Under the pieces are notes generated by a model. The model had not been told where the DNA came from. It did not search any database and was given only the letters and a program-made list of their open reading frames with translations. From positions 1 to 64,000 of the forward strand of contig JAQGDQ010000046.1 in the NCBI GenBank assembly GCA_030141605.1: a stretch of DNA of 64,000 bases, given 5' to 3'. Each line of letters starts with the position of its first letter. Position 1 is the first letter of the stretch. Shown here piece after piece: positions 35,501-45,559 of the stretch. Source of the DNA: Tubiluchus corallicola (taxonomy: Eukaryota > Animalia > Priapulida). The position numbers and the translations under genes were made by a program.

Positions 35501-38206
35501 TTCATTACCAAAAAACTTTTTTCCAGAATTTTTGCCTAAAAATTGAAGGGGTCTCTTATACACAAGGGTCTCTTATACATGGGAAAATACGGTACTCCAA
35601 GATTGCTTACAGGTTGGGACGGACACAAACTGACGTCACCAATCTCCATATAACACGGATGGAGATCAGTAGAATGAGAATGAAAACCAATCAGGTGTCT
35701 GCAGCACTTTCTTACTGAACTAAAACAGTATCTGTGTACTGAGACTGTCGGGATGGGATCACTTTTCTATCTAAATTTTTGAACATTTATTGCAGGTCAC
35801 ATAGAGAGGCTGGAAAGATTCTGGTTCATGGCTGATTGTAGACCCGAGGAGCATGTATCAGAAGCCAAAAGTAATCGACTAGAAGTCAAAAATTTTGCCA
35901 GTGCCTTTATTTTACTTTTGATAGGTACACTGAGTACATTAATACACCTAACAACAGTTATACTAATAAAACCTAGCATAATGCATTACCATTTTAGTGG
36001 TGAAATTTATCGAGTTTTCTGAACTACAGCCTGTACTTCATAAATTAAAAAATTGTATTTATGTAAATAAATGTTGAACAAGTTTTGTTTTAAACAGGCA
36101 TTGTGTTTGCTTGCGTATTACTAATTTTGGAACACTGCTATTTCACTTATGTAAGACAACACATTCGCAAGGTGGACAAATGCGGAATATGCGGACTAAT
36201 TAGCATTGTAAGTATCTAATAATCTTTATTCCGTCATTTGCCAAATAATGTGCTTGAAATTTCGTGATAAAAAATAAATTTTGTCATGTTTCTTCAGTCT
36301 TGTAACAGAACGAAAAAAAGTAACGGGTCACTGGATTGTTTTCCAGAAATAAGTAGCTGTAACAGTCCAGAAATGTAACTTGCAGCTGCAATTGGTTGCA
36401 TTTTCTGCGCAAGGACACAGTAATGAACTTAAATTAGAAATTGTTACAAAATCTGCCGAACATATGGTCTGAAAAAAATGCGTACAAATGCCTGGCAAAA
36501 CATTGTATTCAAGGCAATAACCTAGTACTTTCTGTTGATTGTGTTCTTCACAGCTTAAAGTATACTTTAAAAGTTAGATGATCAAGTTGTTTGTCAAAAT
36601 GAGATTAGTTATTCTGAACTTTTTATCTGTGAAAAGCATGGGTAGAATTGTGCTGCCTACTGGTGCATTTAATTTAAGTTTCTCGAAGGTTTCTTTGGTG
36701 ACTTTGTTGATGTCATTTTTGCAGAGTATGGGCAACTCGCTGACTTTTAGCAAAGCTGTAATGGAAGTGGCAGATGTGATGTCACATCATCACTGCAAGA
36801 ATGCAGTATGTGACCAGCAACTTGGACATCTCAAGCAAGAACTTCGAATGACCAAAATCAAGATCAAATACCTAGAAGATCAGATCACAAAGTAGGTAGC
36901 GACTTTCCAAGAAGGCTGTGCCATTCAGAAATGCATCTAGTTTAATTATGTTACTGTTATGTGGACTTATCCGGCAAATTCTGACTAGTGAATTAGCAAT
37001 CATGATTTCCTTACCCTTTGTTTCCAAAAAACCTTGGGCTACCTGCAGTCTCACTCTTGACTGCAGCAACATGAGTTATTTTTTTGTTGTGAAATTTTTT
37101 GCAGTTGTTTTAGGTCCTCACTATAAATAGAGACCAATCACATGAGTAAAAATGGGATTTGAGAGGCGTGTAAAGTACTTCGGTCAATAAAGTTGGCACG
37201 ATTTTTACACTCAATCATTCATATAATCAAATTCATGGCATAAGTTGCATCAGTGCAAAAGGTAACAATCGTCACCAAAAATGGAACAAAAAGATACTTC
37301 CAATGAGAGTTTAACAATTGCATTGTTTCATACACGATTTAAATTACTCAGCAAAATTATGTTCAAAATTCAAGTTCAAATTCAAATTCTGTGTTAAATT
37401 AGTCAGGGCATTGATTATCTCATGCTCTATTTACTGTTTTATATTGATTTGTATTAAATTGAACCCTCATTAAGTAAATACATCGATAACAGAAGGCAAC
37501 TTTTTTGTCATAATCAAGTGTAACAGCAACTAATGAAAAACACTATCCTACCAAAAGGAAAATTTTAAAATTATGCATTTTTTCAAAAATTGGTACATGT
37601 ACACTCATATATAATTTTAAAAATACTTGCATTTCTTTTGTAGCCAGTAAAGACAGCAGACATTAAAAATATAATTTCAATTCCAGGAGGAAGAAGAAAA
37701 TGTTCCTTAATACAAAAACAGATGCCAAAGATGCTACATCAAAACAACAAGGTCTGGCACTTAAACCTAGCCCTTGCAGTAGTAGTAACATGAGTATACC
37801 GATGAGCGAAGGTAGCATAGGACTTTCTCCCAAAAGGCAAGCACTCACACCCTATGCAGAACCACTACAAGTCACAGAGCACTTGTCTGCAACACCTGAA
37901 ATTAGTGAGATGTCGCCTGTTTACAGCGATAAATTTTCGCCAGTTTTCAGTGGTGAATCGGCCGATGTCAGGACAGATGTGTCACAGCTGAGTACGGCCG
38001 AGGGTAAGAGTCATAATAGAACGTTACAAAATGATGATTCCAAATGTGATGATGCTTCACAACATACGTCAAAAAGTGATACAGAAGACGAAGACCCAAA
38101 GAGAGATGACAATATTGCCAACAAACCACACACCAAATTTAAAGATGGTCGTCGATATATGCCTGTACCGAATCTAGACTCCTACGAATTTGAAACTGTT
38201 TTATGA
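20243..38206 (+). CDS. Nmdar2: NMDA-type ionotropic glutamate receptor subunit, invertebrate NR2/GluN2 class; 19 coding exons, ~1172 aa (whole-gene span)
   Basis: Hand-spliced exons total 3519 nt, all GT-AG, phases compatible, no internal stop. Signal peptide; ATD motif LNIPVIGWNADNSG; S1 VVTLEEHPFV with NMDA-specific loop-1 cysteines (C..C..CCSGLCIDIL); M1 EPFD..FEWLSPYG; M3 SYTANL; S2 FGTVP, LDAFMYD, MTGYGIAFPK; M4; protostome NR2-like tail ISISMGNSLTF..HCKNAVCD; C-terminal ETVL. Confidence 0.93.
20838..20965 (+). repeat. Polypyrimidine (CT-rich) tract in NR2 intron 1
   Basis: Degenerate CT repeats. Confidence 0.8.
21156..21386 (+). CDS. Nmdar2: NR2-like exon 2 (ATD)
   Basis: tacag|LQYISVDEPSP..IPVIGWNADNSGFN|gtaagt; a second in-frame AG lies 6 nt downstream. 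Confidence 0.88.
23041..23690 (+). repeat. Compound pentanucleotide satellite, 130 units
   Basis: (TGATA)13(TGGTA)7(TGGCA)4(GGGCA)10 GATTA (GATTG)8 (GATTA)73 (TATTA)14, counted directly, with two single-unit variants. Confidence 0.97.
24230..24411 (+). CDS. Nmdar2: NR2-like exon 3 (ATD)
   Basis: ttttacag|LNPDSLFLQLAPAIADQ..GHQDFVQAIR..|gtacgt. Confidence 0.9.
24914..25056 (+). CDS. Nmdar2: NR2-like exon 4 (ATD)
   Basis: ttcag|FNMLEVVTI..DTRIFLLYATTEEADVLFQ|gtaagt. Confidence 0.88.
25677..25817 (+). CDS. Nmdar2: NR2-like exon 5 (ATD)
   Basis: tttcag|AKNLGLTTREYVWIISQS..NFPIG|gtggat. Confidence 0.87.
26176..26377 (+). CDS. Nmdar2: NR2-like exon 6 (ATD)
   Basis: caaag|LIGIHFD..VSCEDDDPKPWKLGPEFY|gtcagc. 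Confidence 0.85.
28242..28392 (+). CDS. Nmdar2: NR2-like exon 7 (ATD end)
   Basis: ttttcag|YLRKQE..IGFDANGQQKYVQLTIINM..WWQK|gttagt. Confidence 0.87.
28536..28762 (+). CDS. Nmdar2: NR2-like exon 8 (ATD-S1)
   Basis: gttag|IGTW..DITWPGNAIAPPKGVPERFNLTVVTLEEHPFV..CNRGVKC|gtaagg. Confidence 0.92.
29429..29564 (+). CDS. Nmdar2: NR2-like exon 9 (S1)
   Basis: tttcag|..KCCSGLCIDILDSLSRDLNIGYDLYHVADGSWGQINV|gtaaga. Confidence 0.9.
31379..31562 (+). CDS. Nmdar2: NR2-like exon 10 (S1, pre-M1)
   Basis: ttttag|NGTWNGIIADLLNKKADMAMAALTATPSRAEVVDFS..|gtattg. Confidence 0.93.
31783..31908 (+). CDS. Nmdar2: NR2-like exon 11 (M1)
   Basis: tgcag|PFDWTSWAMILLVCLNSAAFFLFVFEWLSPYG..|gtaaaa. Confidence 0.93.
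32205..32425 (+). CDS. Nmdar2: NR2-like exon 12 (M2 pore loop, M3)
   Basis: tttcag|HKFSLFRTFWIMYTILFGGS..PRG..SYTANLVKFMIAK..GIDDAR|gtgtgt. Confidence 0.93.
32703..32863 (+). CDS. Nmdar2: NR2-like exon 13 (S2)
   Basis: tttag|LQFP..KFGTVPEGTAAEALKSNYPDMWKYMKQYN..|gtaagt. Confidence 0.92.
33197..33275 (+). CDS. Nmdar2: NR2-like exon 14 (S2)
   Basis: tttcag|DLDAFMYDGKVLQYHVGQDNECRLFQ|gtttgc. Confidence 0.92.
33584..34188. mobile_element. hAT-family non-autonomous element (MITE) in NR2 intron 14
   Basis: Ends TTGGGTTGCCA ... TGGTAACCCTA (TAGGGTTGCCA-type TIR) flanked by a perfect 8-bp TSD GTGCAGCT (33576-83, 34189-96). Confidence 0.88.
34478..34580 (+). CDS. Nmdar2: NR2-like exon 15 (S2)
   Basis: cccag|TGNWFAMTGYGIAFPKRSKY..|gtacag. 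Confidence 0.92.
34959..35592 (+). mobile_element. Internally deleted pogo-like (Tc1/mariner superfamily) DNA transposon / MITE in NR2 intron 15
   Basis: 27-bp TIRs CCGTATTTTCCC(G/A)TGTATAAGAGACCC with 1 mismatch; TA on both flanks (34957-8, 35593-4); internal remnant NFKGTPNWCFLFMKRNGLSLQTRTKLAQ (35413-35496) resembling the CENP-B-type HTH of pogo transposases. Confidence 0.88.
35796..35924 (+). CDS. Nmdar2: NR2-like exon 16 (S2-M4)
   Basis: tgcag|HIERLERFWFMADC..LEVKNFASAFILLLI|gtacac. Confidence 0.92.
36098..36207 (+). CDS. Nmdar2: NR2-like exon 17 (M4, proximal CTD)
   Basis: aacag|IVFACVLLILEHCYFTYVR..CGICGLISI|gtaagt. Confidence 0.92.
36725..36891 (+). CDS. Nmdar2: NR2-like exon 18 (CTD, Cys/His motif and coiled coil)
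   Basis: ttgcag|SMGNSLTFSKAVMEV..HHHCKNAVCDQQLGHLKQEL..|gtaggt. Confidence 0.9.
37687..38206 (+). CDS. Nmdar2: NR2-like terminal exon 19 (low-complexity CTD, PDZ ligand ETVL)
   Basis: ttccag|g phase-2 acceptor joins ORF 37700-38206; ends YEFETVL-stop (class I PDZ motif). Confidence 0.75.
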
Positions 38207-38301
38207 AATGCATAAACAATAGATTACAAAACAAAAGCTATAAGAGAGCATATTTTAAAAGTATTTATCAAAACGAAGGACTTATTGTGAGTGCGTGTAA
38301 G

Positions 38302-38336
<35 letters not shown>

Positions 38337-40139
38337 GCTAACTAAAGGCCTACACAAAGACTTTATAAACAAAAGAGTTATACCTCTAAGATCACTGAGA
38401 CGTATGAATTCATCGTAAAATCTATTGTGAAGTTAGATCAAAAGATTCAAAACATACATTAGTGATCAATAAGAACTTTGCTATTAAGGTACTGGTGCTT
38501 TAATACAACATTTTTAAGAAGAGAATTAAAAGATTCCAGTTTTTCCAAGAAAAAGATTGGCCACTCACATACATATTGCTACTGTTTAAACAAGCATAAT
38601 ATTGTTAAACTGCTCTTATTAAAATGTTCGAGAGTGGTAAAGATACTGTGGGAAATATACACAACTACCGAATGTAAAAAAGAAATCTTACAAAACTGAC
38701 ACCCATTGTTGTCATAATATTTCAGTTTGTGCTTCCAGCATTATGATCTTAACATTTTAATACAAAGTTTTGCATTATGTGAGTGTTGATCTATGAAGAA
38801 AGCAAGACAAGTCATTTGGTAATCTAGAACCGTGCATCTCTGATATGCCGAATAGGTATTTACTGTTTTCAATCGATCATGTGTAAATGACTGGAAAAGA
38901 GTACTCCTCAATCAGCCACATATGTAAGTGTGTAAATGCATAAAAATAAAAATCAACAATCCTCATACGATGATAAATGCTACAAACAAGAGCATATACA
39001 CCATTAATGGGACTGTTACTATCATCAAGCCTACTATTTCTTTTTTTATTTTGTTAGTATGAAAATGTTGATCATTGTGGCCAAAAGTGGAAATGATTAG
39101 TTTTATTTTTATAATTTTGTAAATACTGCAATTTGTCTCTTTAGGTAAAGAGTTGTTCATGTATCTCTGACAACAAAGAATTTGCAATGTATAGCATATG
39201 AACCATTTCGATTTTATCATTCAAGCAATTTGCCTTGCAAATGCAGAAATTAACTTGATACATGTTGTTTACAAATGCCTTGGAAAAACATACTAGTGTG
39301 TGCTAAAAGAACTGGTGTCTCAATGTTTGGTTTAATAATGGAGTATTTGTGTTCTTTTTTTAAAAACCACTCAGAATTTAGAATCCATTTATTTTCCACC
39401 TGTTAGTAAAAATGTTAGTGCAATATAACTGGGCACTGACCACTCTGAAAATTAAGCACCCTGCACCTGTAACTTACACCTCGTTCAAGAAGAATCTTGT
39501 TTGAACACATATAATAAATTGAACGTGTTCTGACAATGGGTGTCGCGACTTTCTAATGCCGTAAATAAACACCTATAATTTAATGGCACCCTCATACAAG
39601 AATTTAAACAATAGACTAAAAATTCTACTTCAAACACACTCAAGCACTTACAAAATACACTAGTTATTGGCTGCTGTGATTGTGGGGTAACATCAACTGA
39701 ATTTTTTCTGATTTTTTTTATTGCAAATGCCAATCTTCTTCAGTTACAGTTATTTTTATTTAGACAACGAGTAATAATGAACGGTGAAATAGATAACACC
39801 ACTGACTGTTACCAGGCTGCTTATTTATTAATATCCTAAGCAAATTAGAAAAAAGTGATTTTGGAAAAAGTTTTGTTAGCTTGAGAGATACAGACAGACT
39901 AAAATTATTCTTTTTTTTATTTTTTTGCACCTGACCTATCACCATCAAGAATAAAAATGTTAAATGTTCTGACTTCCATGCAATAAATGGTGCATTGAAA
40001 GCTGCGACTTGATATAGAAACTGTATATATATATATATATATAGATGAAAAAAATCATTGATACATAAAATAAATCTTAGAAAAGTGGCTACAGTGCTTT
40101 CCTTCTGAATGTTGAAAAATGCAGACTGCTGCACCAAAT

Positions 40140-40360
40140 TTTCGGGTTTCAAAAAATTCGGGCAAAATTGACACCCAAATTAGGGCAGAATTGCCCTTTA
40201 TATTTTCAGAAAATAAAATGACGCCTTTTTGTATTCGCTATCTGGAACTTAGTAAGGTTGTACTTATTGAAACGGGGGCCTAAAAAATCAGGTGAAATTC
40301 TAAGAATTCGGGCAAAGAATCCTCTGCCCACCCAAAATTCATAGACCCCGTACGCCTATG
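40140..40360. mobile_element. Truncated DNA-transposon end fragment
   Basis: Repeated AATTCGGGCAAA subterminal units and terminus CCCGTACGCCTATG; opposite end not found. Confidence 0.4.
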
Positions 40361-40993
40361 GGCATCACCATCAATGCACTAAATTTTCTCAAATTTTGAA
40401 TGTATTGTAAGCAGTTTTTCAATCCTTATTAAGCGATTTGCCTACACACCTTTCTATACCTTAGATTAAACAACAGAAGTAACAAAGGTTCTACATCTCA
40501 GTGTTTATTGTACAAGGCAAACAGTTGATGCCAGAAGAAGCAGGTTTGGTTCAACTATTAAAACTTTCAGGAAAAAAATTCTCAAAGAAATTATTTTATT
40601 TAGAAATCATTTAAAATAATATTAGACAGTGACTTGATATACAGAAAAGTGTCACTCTAATAGTTTAAGGAATTAATATCTTTTTATCAGCCAAAGTAAT
40701 TGCCATACTAAAATACCTCGTAATATTGTGCGCTTTCCTTAACAATTAAACAAATAAATTTAATTCTAATGCATCAGAAGGATAAACCAATTTTTAACCG
40801 GGACTTATTATATATCACGTTTATGTTAAGAACAAAAAAGTGTTATTCAGACAGCCCATTTTTTCTAGTTTCAGTATAACAAACAGAGTACCTGAAGCAT
40901 CTACTGTAAACTTACAAAACATACAGTGCTTCTTCATCTAGATTACATGAACAAATGTGCAGTGTATTTTTTCTGTGCTTGCACTTTAAGGTA

Positions 40994-41047
40994 TTATATT
41001 TTCCCGGGAAAACTTCCCTTTTCTCGCTGCTCATCCCATTTTGCTAC
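40994..41047 (-). CDS. COX6B: COX6B coding exon 3
   Basis: ttcttcag|VAKWDEQREKGSFPGKI-TAA. Confidence 0.95.
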   Translation of the reverse strand, partial: VAKWDEQREKGSFPGKI

Positions 41048-43546
41048 CTGAAGAAAAAATTAAAACAAAATATAACTAAAATTTTATCTACTGTGTTTTT
41101 ATATCTTAGTCTGAAAGCGCTTCAAAAACAGTAGAAAATTTCTATGGACGAATAAAAGGAACGACATTATTCTTAAAATCGTTTTGCAAGACCTCAGAAG
41201 AGCTTTCTTGAATTCAATTAATGAGAATGACAAATCCACACTGTGCCAAAAACATGAACAAACAGCTGTCTAATATAATTAATAATCTCAAAAGTTACAA
41301 TGTTTTTAAATATAACTTCAAGAGCAAATTTCCATTTCATTATAATGATAATTTTTCTTGAAAAAAAAAACACAAGACAATGTTTAATTGACATAGCTGG
41401 AGGCAGATATGCAAATGTAAACTCAACAGAATAATCAGTGCATAAAGCCATTAGCAAATAACAACATCTGTTAAAATCACATGCTTTGCATGACTTGGAA
41501 GAAATAAAGAAAGCAAAAAAAGAGAAGTTTTTAAATGACTTATGTTTGGTTGTTATGGTAACACATTCCACTGTTATTAATGACGAAGAATTACTTATGT
41601 GTATCAGGCTAATAAAAGCAGACTTTCACTAACTCCGAAGTTGGCACTGGGTTTTGATTTAAATAACACTAAAAACATTTAGGTATGTATCTTCACATTT
41701 CGTGGGCAAAAAGTAATTATGAGATTTAAGACATGAGAGTGCTCTCCAGAGACTTGTCACCTTTAATGCGCAAAAATGTCACATTTTTAATTACAGAAGT
41801 GGTGAATCAGTCAGTGACAGAAATGACTGAATAGTCATTACATAATGTTGCAAATTTCTGTCGCACAGCTTCATTCATCATTCGTAGCATAGACATGATT
41901 TCAGAAAGTGTCTATATTTATAAGACATACACTGCCAAGATCGCTATACTACACAATGTTAAATTAAAATTAACCATCACTGCAATAACTAAAAGTCAAG
42001 ATCAGTTTGCTTTACATAATTACATTAACTTTCAGTCTTAACCTTGCAAACCTTTCACACAGTTAAGTGTAACTTTATCACAAGTTTGGTTTTCTTTAAG
42101 AACACCAAATTACGAAATAGTTTCATGATTTGTGAAGAATCTTGACTAAAGAAATTTCAAGAATGATACTCCTAAATATCATAGACAGATGATTCAAACT
42201 GCTCAGCATCGCTGAACAGGATCATGAAGGGAACGGCACAAATTATAAGCACACCCAATTTAATTTATTCGACTCTTTGCACAAAAGTTGAATAAATATT
42301 AATCTAAACTAATGAAACCATCGTTTAACCACCTAAAAGCTCTTTACTAGTAATAAAATCATATGAATTGATATTTTCCATTCAAGTTTGCTTTGATTCA
42401 CTGAACTATATGCATTATGCTACAATCACACTGATTATTTACTAAAAATTAGACCTGCTTTTACAATTAGGTGCTTGTCTGGGCATTAAATATTTTTACA
42501 TACATAATATGATTTATGTTTAACTTACATGTTATAATAATGTATAATATATACAATATTAGAGTGGCAAATTAGGATAAAAAAGAAATAAATTTATGCA
42601 ATACACAAAAAATAAAAACTTATAAAGTGCCATATAGAAAATAGATATTGCAATTGTATATCTAAGTTGTACAAGCAAATGGTGACAAAAATAAACTTGT
42701 ATATTTCATCTCCTAAGAACAAACTACTAACAACGCAACTTCCTATGAAAAGCAGATCTGCCATGTAGGGAGAAATGCGGTACATATGTTGCAATTTAGG
42801 TATGTCGGAGTAAAAGATAATTAACTTACAAATTCAAATGGACACAGTGAATTAAAAACCCTCTTAAAGTAATCACATGGTGCATAATCCTCTCCTTTCG
42901 CTTTTATGCAACGGTGGTAGTCCACATAGTTCTGCCAGCAGTTGCTGAAAATAAATTTTAAAAATGGTAGATGAACATATAACTGAGTAATTATTTGTAA
43001 TATGCATTACACATTAATCCCAAAAACTTCTAAACTTAAACAGACCAACCATTTTGTTTTGTAGGCATAATTATCACATTTTGCAATGATTATGGCTAAC
43101 CCAGCGACAGACCTCTCACAGCTACATAATTATAGCAAAATTTCCAGGTCAAGTTAAAATAATCAATTTCTCTATTGAAAAGGTTAATATGACCTATTAC
43201 AATTTTAAGTTGTTAAGATAACACTTTAATTTCCTTCCACTCAGACATAACACTTCACAACAGAAATATCATTAAAATTTAACAAACACAAAAATTGTTT
43301 GTAAATAATTTTTTATTAAAAATTTAAGCTGTGGAAATTATTTAATAATAAAGAAAAATAATACATTTAATAGTTTTAGTACAAGAGTAGCACACATTAG
43401 TCAAATAAAGCACTAGGTTTACAGAGTAAACAGTACAGAAGCAACATAAAAATTAATAAATTATACCGGGTTTGATTCTGGTTGGGAAATCGGGCATCGA
43501 ATGGAGCTGTGCGCAGCTTGATCTGACTAGCATCCACAGTAGACAT
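40994..43546 (-). CDS. COX6B: Cytochrome c oxidase subunit 6B, 82 aa, 3 coding exons (whole-gene span)
   Basis: MSTVDASQIKLRTAPFDARFPNQNQTR/NCWQNYVDYHRCIKAKGEDYAPCDYFKRVFNSLCPFEF/VAKWDEQREKGSFPGKI*; CX9C-CX10C motif, TAPFDxRFPNQNQTR and FPGKI end typical of COX6B/Cox12. Confidence 0.97.
42830..42944 (-). CDS. COX6B: COX6B coding exon 2
   Basis: ttttcag|NCWQNYVDYHRC..CDYFKRVFNSLCPFEF|gtaagt. Confidence 0.95.
43467..43546 (-). CDS. COX6B: COX6B coding exon 1 (exon starts at 43560, after a ttgttag acceptor)
   Basis: ATG at 43546; MSTVDASQIKLRTAPFDARFPNQNQT|gtataa. Confidence 0.95.
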
Positions 43547-45559
43547 GCTAAACAGTTTGCCTAACAATTATAAAATAAACAAAAAATAATAAATTTAACA
43601 AAAATGGCAAAATTAATATCATTTCACTATTACATCAGTACAGAAAAAAGATAAGACGTTACATTACATAAAGTGGTGAGTGGTAACAACATTGCTAGAC
43701 AATATCTGTGTGGTAAGAGAGACTGGCTGATTCTCTGTTTATTATCCTAAACTAAATATAAGAATGCACTCTTGAGAATGGCTGCCATTAGATGGCTAAT
43801 GGTCAAAACAGTAAGTTTATCAATTAGCAGACCATCTGTTGCACACATTTAACTATTTCACTATGTTTTGGGGCATTAGTATACTAATAAAATAGCTGTG
43901 CTAAACTTGCAAAATGTTCATTCAAAGGAAACATAAAGCTTTAGGTTTTCATATGGTAAAACTGCCACAAATTGTAATACATCAGTTTTTGTATGTTACA
44001 AAAGCAAGACAGTAGGCAATAGTTCAATGATAATCTGCAGATGAATAATCAAAAATACATTGTACAAAGTATCAGAAAATGACAGTCTGCTATGCTTAAA
44101 AGTTAAACACAAGTAGCTATAAATGTATTTTTAATACTCAAATCATTATTTCTTACTTACTGTTTTATTAATTCTTTCTGTTCTTATTGTCAGAAATAAA
44201 AAATTAACAAAGTTTTTAAATAATTAGGTTTTTTCTGCTTATCTGTCCAGATAATAATAATTCTTTCCTTAATAATAAATTCTTCATTCGAATTATTTTC
44301 ATAAAAACTCCCAAATGACACTGTTTTTAGCGAGAGTGTCATCAACATAGCGGCATCCTCGTAATAACATGAGAATGAAAGCTTTTTGTGATGTGGCACC
44401 CAGATGCTTCTTAGACAGCAAGACTAAATTAAACTACACTGTAAACATTACAGTCTTGCGTAAGCAGGGTCTTGTTAAGTGTCCACACCGACTAGGAAAT
44501 GACACAAGGTTTCATTAATATAGAAATGTAGTAAACATGGCAAGCTTAGCTTACTGGCCTATGGGGACTGGTATGCAGACAACTTGTGCCTGTTCTCGGG
44601 CAGTTTTGCTGGAATTTGTTAGAAGACCATTGTTAAATTTGCATCTTGATAATACTAATCAAGATGCATTGGTTTACTCCTAATGGAGTATGTACCCAGG
44701 GGAGTATTAAGACATTATGACATCTTAGGCTGATAGTGATCAGTCCTGCCTAAGATGGTTATTTATATAAAAGGTTCAATTTACCAGTGCTTATGCTCCA
44801 TTAGTACCACCATTACCTACGCAGTTATTGTTAAGTGCCTGTAATTATCATGTATTTGCATAGTGAATGTATAATGCAGGTAACACAAATGCTTGAGGTG
44901 CAGTATCTTTTATCTATTAATTGTGCAATCTGTATAATATATAATTGAGCAAACTATATTTGTTTGTTATATAGTGCTTATATAAAATCAGACTCAGTAA
45001 TTGATTGTGGTGTGCTATAACTACTGGTATTCTCAGTGTAATCTGGACATTGATTGCATCTACAATTACCTCTCCAAATTTTTTCGAATCTCCAAGAAAA
45101 ATCAGAAAAACTAGCTGGTCTATTCAGACTTATAATCAGATATTCAACAAAACTGAGGAAACATGCTACACTGCCAACATTAATTGTTTTCCAGTCTACA
45201 ATGTAATTTATGAAACTGCTATAGTATTAGCTCTTATAACATTCCCAGTGACGGAAAAGAACTTAACTGACTACACTACAACATGATAATGTTAGCAGAG
45301 GTAGTACTATAGGATGCAGCACCTATTCTCATCAGTTGTATCTTATAAATGCTTACATTCCTAATTGCAAAAAGTATTAGTAGAAAGTAAAATCACAAAA
45401 AGTACTATAATGAAGTTGGTAAAATGTGGGACTTTTCTGAGCAGAACTATAAGAATAAAAAATTTTAATGCTCAATCCCCAAAAATCTGGCACCCTAGGC
45501 TACCTACTAGTTAGTCTAATAGTTAATATGCCCCTGTATGCACCACTAAGTTTACTAGT

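Noticed and set aside
41807-41881. Minus-strand C/D snoRNA-like spacing (ATGATGA..CTGA, 75 nt) in a COX6B intron
   Set aside because: Terminal stem is 3 bp at most, no convincing rRNA-complementary guide recognised, and it is far from the 3' splice site.
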